Source: Candidatus Poribacteria bacterium
Lineage (GTDB): Bacteria; Poribacteria; WGA-4E; PCPOR2b
Reading direction: 5' to 3'
Assembly: GCA_965116925.1 (NCBI GenBank)
Contig: OZ220744.1
Span: forward strand, 1,312,001-1,376,000
Length of the DNA: 64,000 bases
Shown: piece after piece, positions 50,907-60,787 of the stretch
Position numbering within the stretch: position 1 is the first letter of the stretch
Layout of the letters: every line of letters starts with the position of its first letter
The notes under the pieces: generated by a model
What the model was told of the DNA's origin: nothing
The model's input: only the letters and a program-made list of their open reading frames with translations
The model's database searches: none
Position numbers and translations under genes: made by a program

Positions 50907-51422
50907 TTGATTGAGGAGGAACACAATTTGGCATCCGCACAGAAGATTGTAGACGAGTTAAAAAAATGGAACATAAGCCATGCGATCGGCTTACCCGATA
51001 ACGGAACAGCGCAAATTTTCAAACGACTCCACGAAGACCCCGAAGTTGATGTCATCACCGTCAGTCGTGAAGGCGAAGCATTTGCCATTGCATCGGGACT
51101 CTACGTTGGCGGAAAACAGCCCGTGATCATCATCCAGAATACCGGCTTTCTGGAGTCTGGAGATGCTATCCGCGGCACAGTCTTTAATATGGAAATCCCC
51201 GTGGTCTCGCTGATTGGCTATCGTGGCTATCATACAATGCAACCCGATGCGTCCCGCTTAGACACCGCTGCCACCTTCCTTGAACCGACGCTCAAGGCGT
51301 GGGGATTGTCATATAACACCATTGAAACCGATGATGACATCCCCTATATTAGTGAGGCGTTTAAAAAGGCTCAAGAGACATCAATGCCAACGGTTGTACT
51401 CCTTGTTGGTATCTCCACGTAA
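50907..51422 (+). CDS. Sulfopyruvate/phosphonopyruvate decarboxylase alpha-subunit-like protein (ThDP PYR domain)
   Basis: GLPD, REGEAFAIASG, QNTG, GYRG. Confidence 0.8.
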   Translation: MIEEEHNLASAQKIVDELKKWNISHAIGLPDNGTAQIFKRLHEDPEVDVITVSREGEAFAIASGLYVGGKQPVIIIQNTGFLESGDAIRGTVFNMEIPVVSLIGYRGYHTMQPDASRLDTAATFLEPTLKAWGLSYNTIETDDDIPYISEAFKKAQETSMPTVVLLVGIST

Positions 51423-51732
51423 AGATTGAGATTCGCTTGCTTGTGTTATCTCACGAATGGGCATGTGTCGGATAAATAAAGAACTCGCTATGATTATCCG
51501 GTGAGTTAGGTATTGACACATCGTTATTACCCCCTCAACCTCCGTATATCCTAGGTCCTAGTGTGTCATTTTTGCAACGGTGGTGTAGCGCAGCTCCAAC
51601 AATCTCCTAGTGAGTAGAGGCAGCCTCCGAAACTATAGCGCATGTCGAAAGCAGATACGAGGTTACCTTCAGAAAGCGTTTTCCAAAAAAATCTGTCCTC
51701 GCACCATTTCTTCAGGTACTGCAAAATAGCGC

Positions 51733-51748
51733 TGGCATCTTAATTGCT
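51733..51748 (+). promoter_or_regulatory. Sigma54 (-24/-12) promoter
   Basis: TGGCATCTTAATTGCT, exact GG-N10-GC spacing, in a long intergenic region. Confidence 0.6.
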
Positions 51749-51907
51749 CAGAATCAATATGCCAAGCGAATCTCGCTTGGTGATGATTCCTACTAGATTT
51801 TATCTAGCTCTATTGATGTCTCAACAAAAACTCGCCGCACAAATTTCATGCTTTGCTTTCTGAAGCTGAAAGATAGGGGAGAATATCCAAAAGGATGCAA
51901 CTTTATC

Positions 51908-53161
51908 ATGAAAATTGAACGTCCATGCTCATATTGTCTGTCCGCACTAGCAGATAAATGTCTCGCTACTACGATTGTTCTGTGTCTGCTGATTCTGCTT
52001 GTGCCCAACAGCTTCGCCGTGCCAAAGCGAGTTGTTGTTCTATACTTTGAAGATCACAGTCGCTTCGATCATCCAACAGGCTGCGGTTGTATTCCCACAG
52101 GTCCCTTTAGCCCGCTTTTTGGTGGACGCAAGCACCATAAAAGATGGCATCTGAAAGAAGGATTTACGGAATTACTAAACAGAAAACTTGCACAATCAGA
52201 GGTATACGAACCGGTCAGCCAAGATGAAATGCTGGATGCAATGGCGGAGTTAGGATTATCTAGGAGGGCGCTGTCTGACCCGGAAAAACGGGCACAGTTG
52301 GCAAAAGCACTCAAGGTCCAAGCACTCATCATCGGCGATATACGGAAGTTCAACCAAGAGCGCGTAAAAGCAAACGCTGGACGCCTGATAAGACAAGGTG
52401 GGGCGGGATATTACGGTACAGCCAGTTATATTGGTGGTGTACAATTAAAGGGGAGTCTTTACATCGCTTCTATCCACCTTGAGATGCGATTCTTCGGTAC
52501 ATCAGGCACCGAAATTGACAACCCGAAAATCGCAGGCCGAAAACAACACCAGCTTGGCGGATTGAACATTGGCCCCCTTGACACGGTCGTGACCGAACAG
52601 GGCACAGAATTGCAATTCGGACAGTCACCGGGGCTTAAAAGGAAACCTCGCCCAATCGTCGCGCCTTCTGAGTTGAATAAGATTGAATTTGGGAGTGAGC
52701 AGTACGATAAGACCCTGTTTGGTATGGCAACGGACGAGGCCTTGCATAAGGTTGTATTAGAGTTGCGTCAGAACATTGGGCCCGCATTGCCCGGTGCTGA
52801 AACAACGGTAGGGGATAAAGTGAGTAAACCCGTCCAGCCTTCTTCTCAGGCGAGGGTGATACAAGGATCAATCGTTTACGTTGATTCAAAGGACCCTGAG
52901 AATACCTATATCAACGTCGGTTCTGACAAAGGGGTTGTGCCCAATCAGGAATTAAGGGTTTACACGGCTGAGTCACTGATTGATCCAGATACAGGTGAGG
53001 TGCTTGGAGTTATTCCAAAAACGGTGGGGGTTATAAAGGTTGTTGAAGTTCAGACCGATCGACTTTCCAGAGTGGAGATTATTGAGGGATTCGGTACAAT
53101 AAAGAAAGGAGATCGGGTTAAACAGGAAAACCCGAAGCCACAGGATTCGGAGCCTGAGTAG
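51908..53161 (+). CDS. Exported CsgG/HfaB-like protein with a FlgT C-terminal-like domain
   Basis: Signal peptide; RVVVLYFED..LAKALKVQALIIGDI; YINVGSDKGV..LIDPDTGEVLG..IKKGDRV. Confidence 0.65.
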   Translation: MKIERPCSYCLSALADKCLATTIVLCLLILLVPNSFAVPKRVVVLYFEDHSRFDHPTGCGCIPTGPFSPLFGGRKHHKRWHLKEGFTELLNRKLAQSEVYEPVSQDEMLDAMAELGLSRRALSDPEKRAQLAKALKVQALIIGDIRKFNQERVKANAGRLIRQGGAGYYGTASYIGGVQLKGSLYIASIHLEMRFFGTSGTEIDNPKIAGRKQHQLGGLNIGPLDTVVTEQGTELQFGQSPGLKRKPRPIVAPSELNKIEFGSEQYDKTLFGMATDEALHKVVLELRQNIGPALPGAETTVGDKVSKPVQPSSQARVIQGSIVYVDSKDPENTYINVGSDKGVVPNQELRVYTAESLIDPDTGEVLGVIPKTVGVIKVVEVQTDRLSRVEIIEGFGTIKKGDRVKQENPKPQDSEPE

Positions 53162-53187
53162 TGAACCCACGCTGCACAATGGAGTTA

Positions 53188-53868
53188 TCAATCCCTCCGG
53201 ACGCGATAATGCAGAAAAATCTCATTACCCACAGTGCGGTGGTCCATTAGTTCAACGTTAACAATATCGAGGAAGTTAAACCCATCTCCCTCAACACTTG
53301 TTGTCACATCTCGTCCGCCGATGATTTTTGGACATAAAGTGAGATATACCTCGTCGATTAAACCCGCCCGAAATAGGTCGAAGTTGACCTGTCCACCACC
53401 TTCAACGAGCAACTGCTTGACTTGATACACCTTTTCCAAAATTTGAACTACACGGTGAAAGTTGACTGTAGTTTCACCGACGCAGTGGACCTCCGCAATC
53501 TGTTGCAACAGTGCGAGCCGGGTGGAAGGAATGCCTTCCGTGGTAAAGACCAATGCGGGGGCACCGTTAGGTTGGAACATTCGAGCAGTTTCAGGCACAC
53601 GCCCGCTACCACTCACAACGGCTTTGATTGGGTTGGGTGCTAGACCGCGTTGGAGACGTAGCTCTTTGTACTTGCTATGTTCGGTAAATGTGGGATCATC
53701 GGCGATGATTGTCCCCGCCCCAACAAGAATCGCATCGGCATGGCTGCGAACCTCCCTAAGCCGAATCCCATCCGCCTCGCTAGCGAATCGAGGACCTGCA
53801 CCATCACGGGTAGAGATCTTTCCGTCGAGACTCACCGCCATGATAAGAGAGGTGTGTGGCTTCATCAC
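53188..53868 (-). CDS. RibD C-terminal reductase-domain protein
   Basis: AVSLDGKI, DAILVGAGT..DDP, LVEGGG, PKIIGG. Confidence 0.88.
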   Translation of the reverse strand: MMKPHTSLIMAVSLDGKISTRDGAGPRFASEADGIRLREVRSHADAILVGAGTIIADDPTFTEHSKYKELRLQRGLAPNPIKAVVSGSGRVPETARMFQPNGAPALVFTTEGIPSTRLALLQQIAEVHCVGETTVNFHRVVQILEKVYQVKQLLVEGGGQVNFDLFRAGLIDEVYLTLCPKIIGGRDVTTSVEGDGFNFLDIVNVELMDHRTVGNEIFLHYRVRRD

Positions 53869-54521
53869 CTACTACCCTCTTGAGCTTTTACTGAAATTTC
53901 CTCGAACGAGTCGCGCCAGCTGGGCGTCAGTGCGGGAAGGCTTGCCGCTTTCTCGGCGGCTTCCGTATTCGTGGTGTCAAAATGGCGCAGGTGGACAATC
54001 TCTTTTACCGTCATCTGTCCCCCTCCAACTTTTGTCCGCTCGATTGGGTCACCGGCACCCACATCCCCTTCTTCCAACACACGCACGTAGAATCCCACCC
54101 GTTCGCTCTCCAAAAATGGTTTGACAATCTGTGGGTTTCCCATCTTGATGCCGAGTTTGAAGCAAGGAACACGGGGTTGGGACACCTCGACCAGTGCTTC
54201 ACCTATCTGAAAAACGTCCCCGATATGAACTGTGTCCTCTAACATGCCTTCCACGGTTAAGTTTTCACCAAACTTTCCATAGGTCAAATCATCTCTGCCA
54301 AGTTCGCGTTTCCAATAGTCGTAATGCTCGGCTGGATAAACGTAGACCGCTTTGTGGATGCCGCCGTGTACACGCAGATCACCCTGCCCATCGCCATCAA
54401 GGTTCAAGTGCCGCATCATCGTCCGGCCGGATACCGGCTCTTTGAAAATCCCCGTTTTGATGCGCTTACTGTTGTGTAACACTTCCTTGGGTTGTGAAAC
54501 ATTGACTGAAAGTAGTTTCAT
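53865..54521 (-). CDS. MOSC domain protein (YiiM-like, with 3-alpha domain)
   Basis: GDGQGD..HGG..KAV, FGENLT, SQPRVPCFKL. Confidence 0.9.
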   Translation of the reverse strand: MKLLSVNVSQPKEVLHNSKRIKTGIFKEPVSGRTMMRHLNLDGDGQGDLRVHGGIHKAVYVYPAEHYDYWKRELGRDDLTYGKFGENLTVEGMLEDTVHIGDVFQIGEALVEVSQPRVPCFKLGIKMGNPQIVKPFLESERVGFYVRVLEEGDVGAGDPIERTKVGGGQMTVKEIVHLRHFDTTNTEAAEKAASLPALTPSWRDSFEEISVKAQEGSR

Positions 54522-54540
54522 CGTTTAGTCTCCTGTATAA

Positions 54541-57500
54541 TTATCCGCGTATCTGTACCCGCGAACTTCCATTCCCCATTTTTTCGACAGCGATTCGGAC
54601 AGGAATACGCCGCGTCAACTCACCAATGTGGCTGATGAGAAAGATGCTGCGTCCTTGCATCTGTAGCCCTTCAAGTGCGGCGATGGCAACATCAAGCGTC
54701 TCGGAATCAAGTGTCCCAAACCCCTCGTCAAGAAAGAGCGAATGGATCTGAGATCGCCCACGACTTAGCTCAGAGAGTGCAAGTGCCAAGGCGAGACTCG
54801 TCAGGAATGATTCCCCGCCGGAGAGCGTTTCAACAGGACGTTCCTCATTAGCGTTCCACCTATCGACGACAGTTAGCTTGCCAATGCTTTCGACCTTGAG
54901 TTGGTAACGTCCTGAAGTCAAGTATTCCAACTGTGCATTGGCAATGCGGCTGACCTGTTTGAACATAATATCTAACGCAAAATCGCGTAGGCCATTGGCA
55001 GGAATTGCGCTTTGTAAACGACTCCATCGCTCCAATTCGTCAGTGGTCGTCTGAATTTCATCATCAAAAGCCTCACGCTTAGAGAGGGCATCTGTCAGTT
55101 CTTCTATCGTTTTCTTTTGTGCACCAATGTCCCGCTGCACCTCTTGAACCTGCTCCTCAATTTCTTTAGCCTGTGCTGTAATTCGTTCTAACACCTGTGG
55201 ATCAAGCGGAGTTTCCTCAAATTGAGCCTGCAGATTGGCAATTTTGTCCTCAAGTAAATGCTTTTCTTGGGTAAAGTCATTGATCTCTTTGTGTATCCGT
55301 TCCATCTCCGAATCGGTTCGGAACGCGCTATCATGTGCCTCTAGCGAATCAAATCCTACGCTGCTTAACTTGTCAAAGTAACTAGCCTGTGCTGTTTCAA
55401 AGTCTTTGCTACATTCCCCTTGCCGGTCTTGGCAGTGCCGGTAATCCGCTTGTTTTTCAGTGCGTTGATCACGGCTCTCTTGTAACTTCTGATCCGCTTT
55501 TTCTCGTTGGTCCGCTTTGCTCTGAATCTCCATATCTAACTTTTCGATAGCGGTGTCAATCTCCTCTTCGGTTGTCAATCCATCAGTTTTGCTGCGTGCA
55601 GCCTCCAAAAAACCGTTTCCTTCATTTCGATAGCCTTCGATTTCGGTTTGCAATTTCCCATGATTCTCTCGTTCGGTTCCAAGAGATCTCTCTTTCTCTC
55701 TGATGACGATGTTGCATTGTGCAAGTTCATTCTGTTTTTCATCTCGTTCTCGCTCATATACTGCTACGGTTTCAATTTTATCCTCAAATTGATCGATGGC
55801 ATCTTCTGTACCGATTCCATGGAAGGATTCGGGGAGTAATTTCCAAGAACGGGTTTCGCTATCTACGATGTCCGCGGTCAAATTTTCAATCTCAGCAGTC
55901 ACGGTATGCAGCTTCTGTTGGTTGTCCTCCAATCGGTTGCCTTCTCGATCAATGTCTCGGTCACAGGTTGTAAGTTTTTCAGAAACCATTTTCAAGTCAT
56001 TTGATGCTTGGTTGTACGCATCGCGAGCATTACCCAGGTTATCGATCGCAGTATCTGCTTCATTAATCCTCTCTTCAATCCACTCGGATGAAATGTCCGC
56101 GGTCTCATTGAGTGTTTGCCACTCCGTCCGGGCGGATTCGATTTTTTCCCTCAGACTCGTTATCTCCGTCATACATGCGTCAACTTGGGTAGCAATATTC
56201 GTTTTATCCTGTTGGAGACGTACCTGCTCTTGTTCTATACACCTATTCTGTTCTTGTACTTTCTGTGCCTCTGTTTCGGCAACGTCTAAGGCGTTCTGTG
56301 CAATTTCGAGTTGCTTTTCGCTATCAAGTTCAACGTCATCAGCGCAGGGGTGCTCCGTAGCACCACACACACGACACGGCTGCCCTGGCTCAAGCTGCCG
56401 CCGAAGCTGATTGATAGGATTTGCCAAGAGTGCCAATTCCTTCTCCGCTTCCAACCGAGTGACTTCAGCCTCTGCACGCTTGCATAGATGCAGTTGAACG
56501 TCTAGTTTCTTTTTCAGGTCATCAAGTGATTCATCAAGTGTGACAACGCGCCCCTGCAATTCTGCTGCGTTGCGTTCCTCGTCATGTAGTCGGCTCAGGG
56601 AAGCTTCATGCCCTTGTGCGATTGGTAACGCCTGCCTCGCCTGTTCTCTTCGGCTCTGCCAGTCCTCAAGGTTGCCGGTTGCTTGGAATGCCTTTAATTC
56701 CGTGTCAGCCCTTGCAAGTACAGCCGCTGCATTCTCCTTGTCCACAAGGAGTTTTTCTCGGTTTTCGGATAGCTCTTTTAATTCTCCCGCTGACCTATCT
56801 ATTTCTGAGGTATACTCTGACTGGCTGTTTGATTTTTCCTCTCGCTGTCTCCGTTGCAAGCGAATCTCTGCTAGCAGTTCTTTTGCTTGGGTAAGACGCG
56901 ATTGCCGATCTGGAGGAAGCGGATTTTCTGCCAAGAAGGTTTCTGCCTGATGAATATCTGCCTCCAACGCGGCTTGATTCTGATGCAGATCAGCTAACTC
57001 GGTTACAAGGATATCAATTTTTTCCTTTAGCTGCTGCAAAGGAGGTTGCCGTTCTGCTACGAGTTGGAATTGCGTATGTGCATGTGCCACATCAGATTTC
57101 GCCTCCCTGTACGTCTCAGTTTTCTGATCGCCGCCGGCTTTCGCTATCTGATACACCTCATCTTTCTCGTCAAAGTCGGTTTGATTTTCATCGAATTGCT
57201 TTTGTGCTTCCGCAAGTTCGGTCTCAGTCTGACGAAGCCCCGCATCCGCTTTCCCGAGTTCCGATTTTGCTATATCAAACCTCTGTTTTTCAGGGAGCAG
57301 CCGATTCGCACGATCTGCACACTCGCGCTCTGTTTCAAGGGCGTCGATCATCGGTTGTTGATTCACCAGTTTTTCTTGGCGTTCCTCTGAAGCCTGAAGT
57401 TCCGCAAATTCTTCTTGGCGTTTTTTTTCCTGCTCTAGCTCCTTCTGAATTTTCTCGCTTTTCACACTTAACACCTTAGATGACGCTTGCAAGCTGCCAA

Positions 57501-58185
57501 GGCCAGCCTCAGCTTCAGCGAGTTGCTCACGAGAGGCTTCCGGGAGAACATTCAGTTTGTTTAAGACATTCGCTTGTTCTTCCCTAACCACTCGTACTTT
57601 TTCGTTTAATGCGTTTTTCAGTTCCTCATAGATGCCGACACCCGCAGTGGCTTCTAAAATTGTCCTTCTCTCTTCATCTTTCGCCTTCAAAAATGCTGCA
57701 AACTCTCCCTGTGCTAACATAACAGACCGCTTAAACGCATCAAAATCAAGTCCCAAGATATCGGTTATCTCTTCGCTGATCGTCTGTTTGCTGGCACCGA
57801 GCGTTTTACCTCGGGCGGATAGTCTATCACTGATCAGTTTGCCATTCTCAGTCGAAAGCAACCGTCCCTTTGGAGAACCTCGACGTCTCAGGTTCCATTC
57901 AGCAAGGTAGCGGGTGCTGCTTGCGACAAAATGCACCTCGGCATAGGCATCAGTTTCACCGTGGCTGATGAGATGGCTCGGATTTTGGCTTCCAACTCCT
58001 GTCAAGCGCGGTGTTCTGCCATATAAGGCGACGCAGATCGCATCCAACAGCGTTGTTTTCCCCGCACCGGTGGGACCAGTAATTGCCACAAGGGAGGCCT
58101 CATCTAACGGCGATTGTTCAAAGTCGAGTTCAATATCTCCGCGGAAACTGTTCAGATTCTTGAGCTTCAGTTTGCATAGTTTCAT
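54541..58185 (-). CDS. sbcC: SbcC/Rad50 ATPase
   Basis: GPTGAGKT, LAQGEF, CRVCG zinc hook, LSGGE, FLDEGFG.LD. Confidence 0.95.
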   Translation of the reverse strand: MKLCKLKLKNLNSFRGDIELDFEQSPLDEASLVAITGPTGAGKTTLLDAICVALYGRTPRLTGVGSQNPSHLISHGETDAYAEVHFVASSTRYLAEWNLRRRGSPKGRLLSTENGKLISDRLSARGKTLGASKQTISEEITDILGLDFDAFKRSVMLAQGEFAAFLKAKDEERRTILEATAGVGIYEELKNALNEKVRVVREEQANVLNKLNVLPEASREQLAEAEAGLGSLQASSKVLSVKSEKIQKELEQEKKRQEEFAELQASEERQEKLVNQQPMIDALETERECADRANRLLPEKQRFDIAKSELGKADAGLRQTETELAEAQKQFDENQTDFDEKDEVYQIAKAGGDQKTETYREAKSDVAHAHTQFQLVAERQPPLQQLKEKIDILVTELADLHQNQAALEADIHQAETFLAENPLPPDRQSRLTQAKELLAEIRLQRRQREEKSNSQSEYTSEIDRSAGELKELSENREKLLVDKENAAAVLARADTELKAFQATGNLEDWQSRREQARQALPIAQGHEASLSRLHDEERNAAELQGRVVTLDESLDDLKKKLDVQLHLCKRAEAEVTRLEAEKELALLANPINQLRRQLEPGQPCRVCGATEHPCADDVELDSEKQLEIAQNALDVAETEAQKVQEQNRCIEQEQVRLQQDKTNIATQVDACMTEITSLREKIESARTEWQTLNETADISSEWIEERINEADTAIDNLGNARDAYNQASNDLKMVSEKLTTCDRDIDREGNRLEDNQQKLHTVTAEIENLTADIVDSETRSWKLLPESFHGIGTEDAIDQFEDKIETVAVYERERDEKQNELAQCNIVIREKERSLGTERENHGKLQTEIEGYRNEGNGFLEAARSKTDGLTTEEEIDTAIEKLDMEIQSKADQREKADQKLQESRDQRTEKQADYRHCQDRQGECSKDFETAQASYFDKLSSVGFDSLEAHDSAFRTDSEMERIHKEINDFTQEKHLLEDKIANLQAQFEETPLDPQVLERITAQAKEIEEQVQEVQRDIGAQKKTIEELTDALSKREAFDDEIQTTTDELERWSRLQSAIPANGLRDFALDIMFKQVSRIANAQLEYLTSGRYQLKVESIGKLTVVDRWNANEERPVETLSGGESFLTSLALALALSELSRGRSQIHSLFLDEGFGTLDSETLDVAIAALEGLQMQGRSIFLISHIGELTRRIPVRIAVEKMGNGSSRVQIRG

Positions 58186-59348
58186 GTTTCCTCCTCAACG
58201 AGTTGCAGTAACTCATTGAACGTTTTCATCATCACTTCATCAGGATTCTCATTAAACTTTTCTTTGTAAAACTGTTCAAAGATTTCTGTTGGCTGCTGCA
58301 TATCCTCAATCGGTATTTCCTGCCGTTCCGTTTGTGCCGGCAGTTCAACCTCGACACTCAAGACCGTCCCACCACGTTGATGAAACATCTCTCGAATCTG
58401 ATCGCTGATGCCAACTTCCGGTCGGTCAAGTTTCAGTTGTACCTGAATATATTTCCCGCCCCATTCTGGCGACATTGCCATTAAGCCTATTTCGTCCAGG
58501 TTCCCTGCCACGGTGCGGAGTTCCTTGAAAATAGGAATCTCAATCTCTTCTATCTCCACACCACCGGGTGTTGAAACATCTAACAGATACACCTTCTTGG
58601 GGTAGTTGGCTTCGTTGAATCGCAGCGGCAGCGGTGAACCAGCATATTGGACAGGATAACTTGCGCCACTAATGGCGTGAGGACGATGCAGATGTCCGAG
58701 GGCAACATAAGTCACATCATCAGGAAAATCGTTTATCCGCATCGCTGTCGCCCCGCCGATTTGGATATTCCGTTCCGAGTCTCCCACTTTTCCGCCATGA
58801 ACGAAGAGATGTCCCATCAAAATCTTGGCAAGTCCCGGTGGCATACAACTAACACATTGACGATAGAATGCCTTCAACCGTTCTCGATACCGTTCTGCTC
58901 TTTCAGGCTCTGTCTCAAATGAAATATGTGAAAGTTCACTTTCGGGGAGGTAGGGAACTGCTGCAATAGCAACACTTGGATTTTCAGAAGGAAGGGTAAT
59001 AACGCACTCCGCGGGTTCAGATGCAAGTCCGACGACGTGGATCCGTCCCATTCTAAGGAACTCTTGAGGCGCAGCTAAATGGATCGGAGAGTCATGGTTG
59101 CCGGCGGTGATGACAGCGTGAGCGTGTGTCTCATGGAATAGTCGAGAGAGGAATCGGTAGTAGAGGGCTGTTGCTTTAGAGGAGGGAAGGGCAATATCAA
59201 AGATGTCGCCCGAAACGAGTAGCACGTCAACCTTATTTTTTTGGAGCGTCGTCAGTAGCCAATCAAGGAATTGACGATGCTCCCCGATTCGATCCTGTTC
59301 ATAGAGTCGATGCCCGATGTGCCAGTCCGATGTGTGAAGAATACGCAT
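58182..59348 (-). CDS. sbcD: SbcD/Mre11 nuclease
   Basis: HTSDWHIG, SGDIFD, GNHDS, ALGHLH. Confidence 0.95.
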   Translation of the reverse strand: MRILHTSDWHIGHRLYEQDRIGEHRQFLDWLLTTLQKNKVDVLLVSGDIFDIALPSSKATALYYRFLSRLFHETHAHAVITAGNHDSPIHLAAPQEFLRMGRIHVVGLASEPAECVITLPSENPSVAIAAVPYLPESELSHISFETEPERAERYRERLKAFYRQCVSCMPPGLAKILMGHLFVHGGKVGDSERNIQIGGATAMRINDFPDDVTYVALGHLHRPHAISGASYPVQYAGSPLPLRFNEANYPKKVYLLDVSTPGGVEIEEIEIPIFKELRTVAGNLDEIGLMAMSPEWGGKYIQVQLKLDRPEVGISDQIREMFHQRGGTVLSVEVELPAQTERQEIPIEDMQQPTEIFEQFYKEKFNENPDEVMMKTFNELLQLVEEET

Positions 59349-59479
59349 AGATGGGTTTGCTGCTCCGGATAAATTTGGCTTGAGATAGCTGAAGCCTACT
59401 GGTATAATAGACCAAATTTGCGAGACTAATTTTCATCACTGATGTGACTGTGAACTGAATCGTTGAGGGAGAATAACTG

Positions 59480-60028
59480 ATGAAACCGATAAACCAAGCC
59501 CGAAGATCTTTCCTCGTCGTGTCTATCCTGTTTTCACTAATGATTGCTTTAACGGGATGTGTGTCGCCGGATCGAGAAAATCGCAGATATGAACATGCGC
59601 TCATTGAGAAACCTGCACCCGACTTCACACTACGGGATCTCAGGGGAAATCAAGTCAGTCTGTCGGATTTCAGAGGACAGCCGGTCGTACTCAACTTCTG
59701 GGCGACGTGGTGCAGTCCTTGCCGCGTAGAGATCCCACATCTGGAGGCACTTTACACAAAATATAAAGATCAGGGGTTGGTGGTCATCGGTATGAACACC
59801 GAAACTGATTATATGAAAGTGAAGCACTTTGCAGAACCCCAGATCTCATACACCGTGCTTTTGGACGGAGGCACCCAAGCTCAGGGATATGATGTCAGCG
59901 GTATACCGTGCACATACTATATCGACAGGGCAGGAATTATTCAGCACCGTAGTGTGGGCTTTGGTTCCGGTGACGAGGTTCTGATTGAGGAAAAAATAAA
60001 AAAACTGATCGCTGATACCGATCACTAA
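59480..60028 (+). CDS. TlpA-family thiol-disulfide oxidoreductase lipoprotein
   Basis: LTGC lipobox, APDFTL, NFWATWCSPC. Confidence 0.9.
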   Translation: MKPINQARRSFLVVSILFSLMIALTGCVSPDRENRRYEHALIEKPAPDFTLRDLRGNQVSLSDFRGQPVVLNFWATWCSPCRVEIPHLEALYTKYKDQGLVVIGMNTETDYMKVKHFAEPQISYTVLLDGGTQAQGYDVSGIPCTYYIDRAGIIQHRSVGFGSGDEVLIEEKIKKLIADTDH

Positions 60029-60074
60029 TAAGGTCAAGAGATAGAAGTATATTCTAGCGGAATTTACCTCTTCC

Positions 60075-60099
60075 GTAGGAGGGATCTCCGAATCCCGAC
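60075..60099. repeat. GTAG-headed REP-like hairpin
   Basis: GTAGGAGGGATCTCCGAATCCCGAC between convergent genes; related to the sequence near 13294. Confidence 0.5.
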
Positions 60100-60130
60100 A
60101 TCCCAATCTAGGCATATCTATCAGTCCTAC

Positions 60131-60781
60131 CTAAAATTCCAACAGATCATCGAGTTCCTTCTCGTCTGCTTCCTCTTGAGTAATCGCGTTCTGTGCATCT
60201 TCCACGTCCTTCTTGGAGGCGAAGCCGTACAGTTCTATTTCAGAGATCTTCGCCGGCGCACGGACGTGCCCGGAATAAATCCGCCAGCCGCGCACACGTT
60301 GGATGTTCTTCTGCCGCAGCTCTGCATCATCTGAAGTCCGACTAATCCGAACTTTAACGCCCGTGGTACGCACAGCGCGATTCAGTCGAACATCAGTGAC
60401 CTTCTGCTTAACGCTTTTGATCTCCTTGATCCGCTCCCATCTGCCTTGATTGTCAGCAACCCATATATCAAATGCCTGCACGTTAGAGGAATGTAACACA
60501 ACGCGGTGAATGGATTTCGCGACGGGAAGGAGTATCACCGATTCGGAGGAGGCGTGGTGGCTTTGAACAACATCCGACGAAGGCTCAACATATTGCGATT
60601 GACCAATCGTTTTGAGATCGCCATCAACAATTGCCGGATCATTGGCTTGTACGCCATCCATAAGTGCGTAATTCTCACTCCATGCTTGGTCAGCAATGAA
60701 AGCCGGAACCGTAGTACACCCGTAAAATGCAACAAAGCTAAATGCTAGAAAGAGATAGGTAAAGGTGGATTGGAATCGCAT
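60131..60781 (-). CDS. Hypothetical lipoprotein with a discoidin/galactose-binding-like domain
   Basis: FYGC lipobox, NYAL..IVDGD..T, ISEIELYG. Confidence 0.6.
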   Translation of the reverse strand: MRFQSTFTYLFLAFSFVAFYGCTTVPAFIADQAWSENYALMDGVQANDPAIVDGDLKTIGQSQYVEPSSDVVQSHHASSESVILLPVAKSIHRVVLHSSNVQAFDIWVADNQGRWERIKEIKSVKQKVTDVRLNRAVRTTGVKVRISRTSDDAELRQKNIQRVRGWRIYSGHVRAPAKISEIELYGFASKKDVEDAQNAITQEEADEKELDDLLEF

Positions 60782-60787
60782 CTGATT

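Noticed and set aside
51579..51600. tRNA-like start GGTGGTGTAGCGCAGCT
   Set aside because: No D-loop GG, no TTCGA T-arm and no matching acceptor stem
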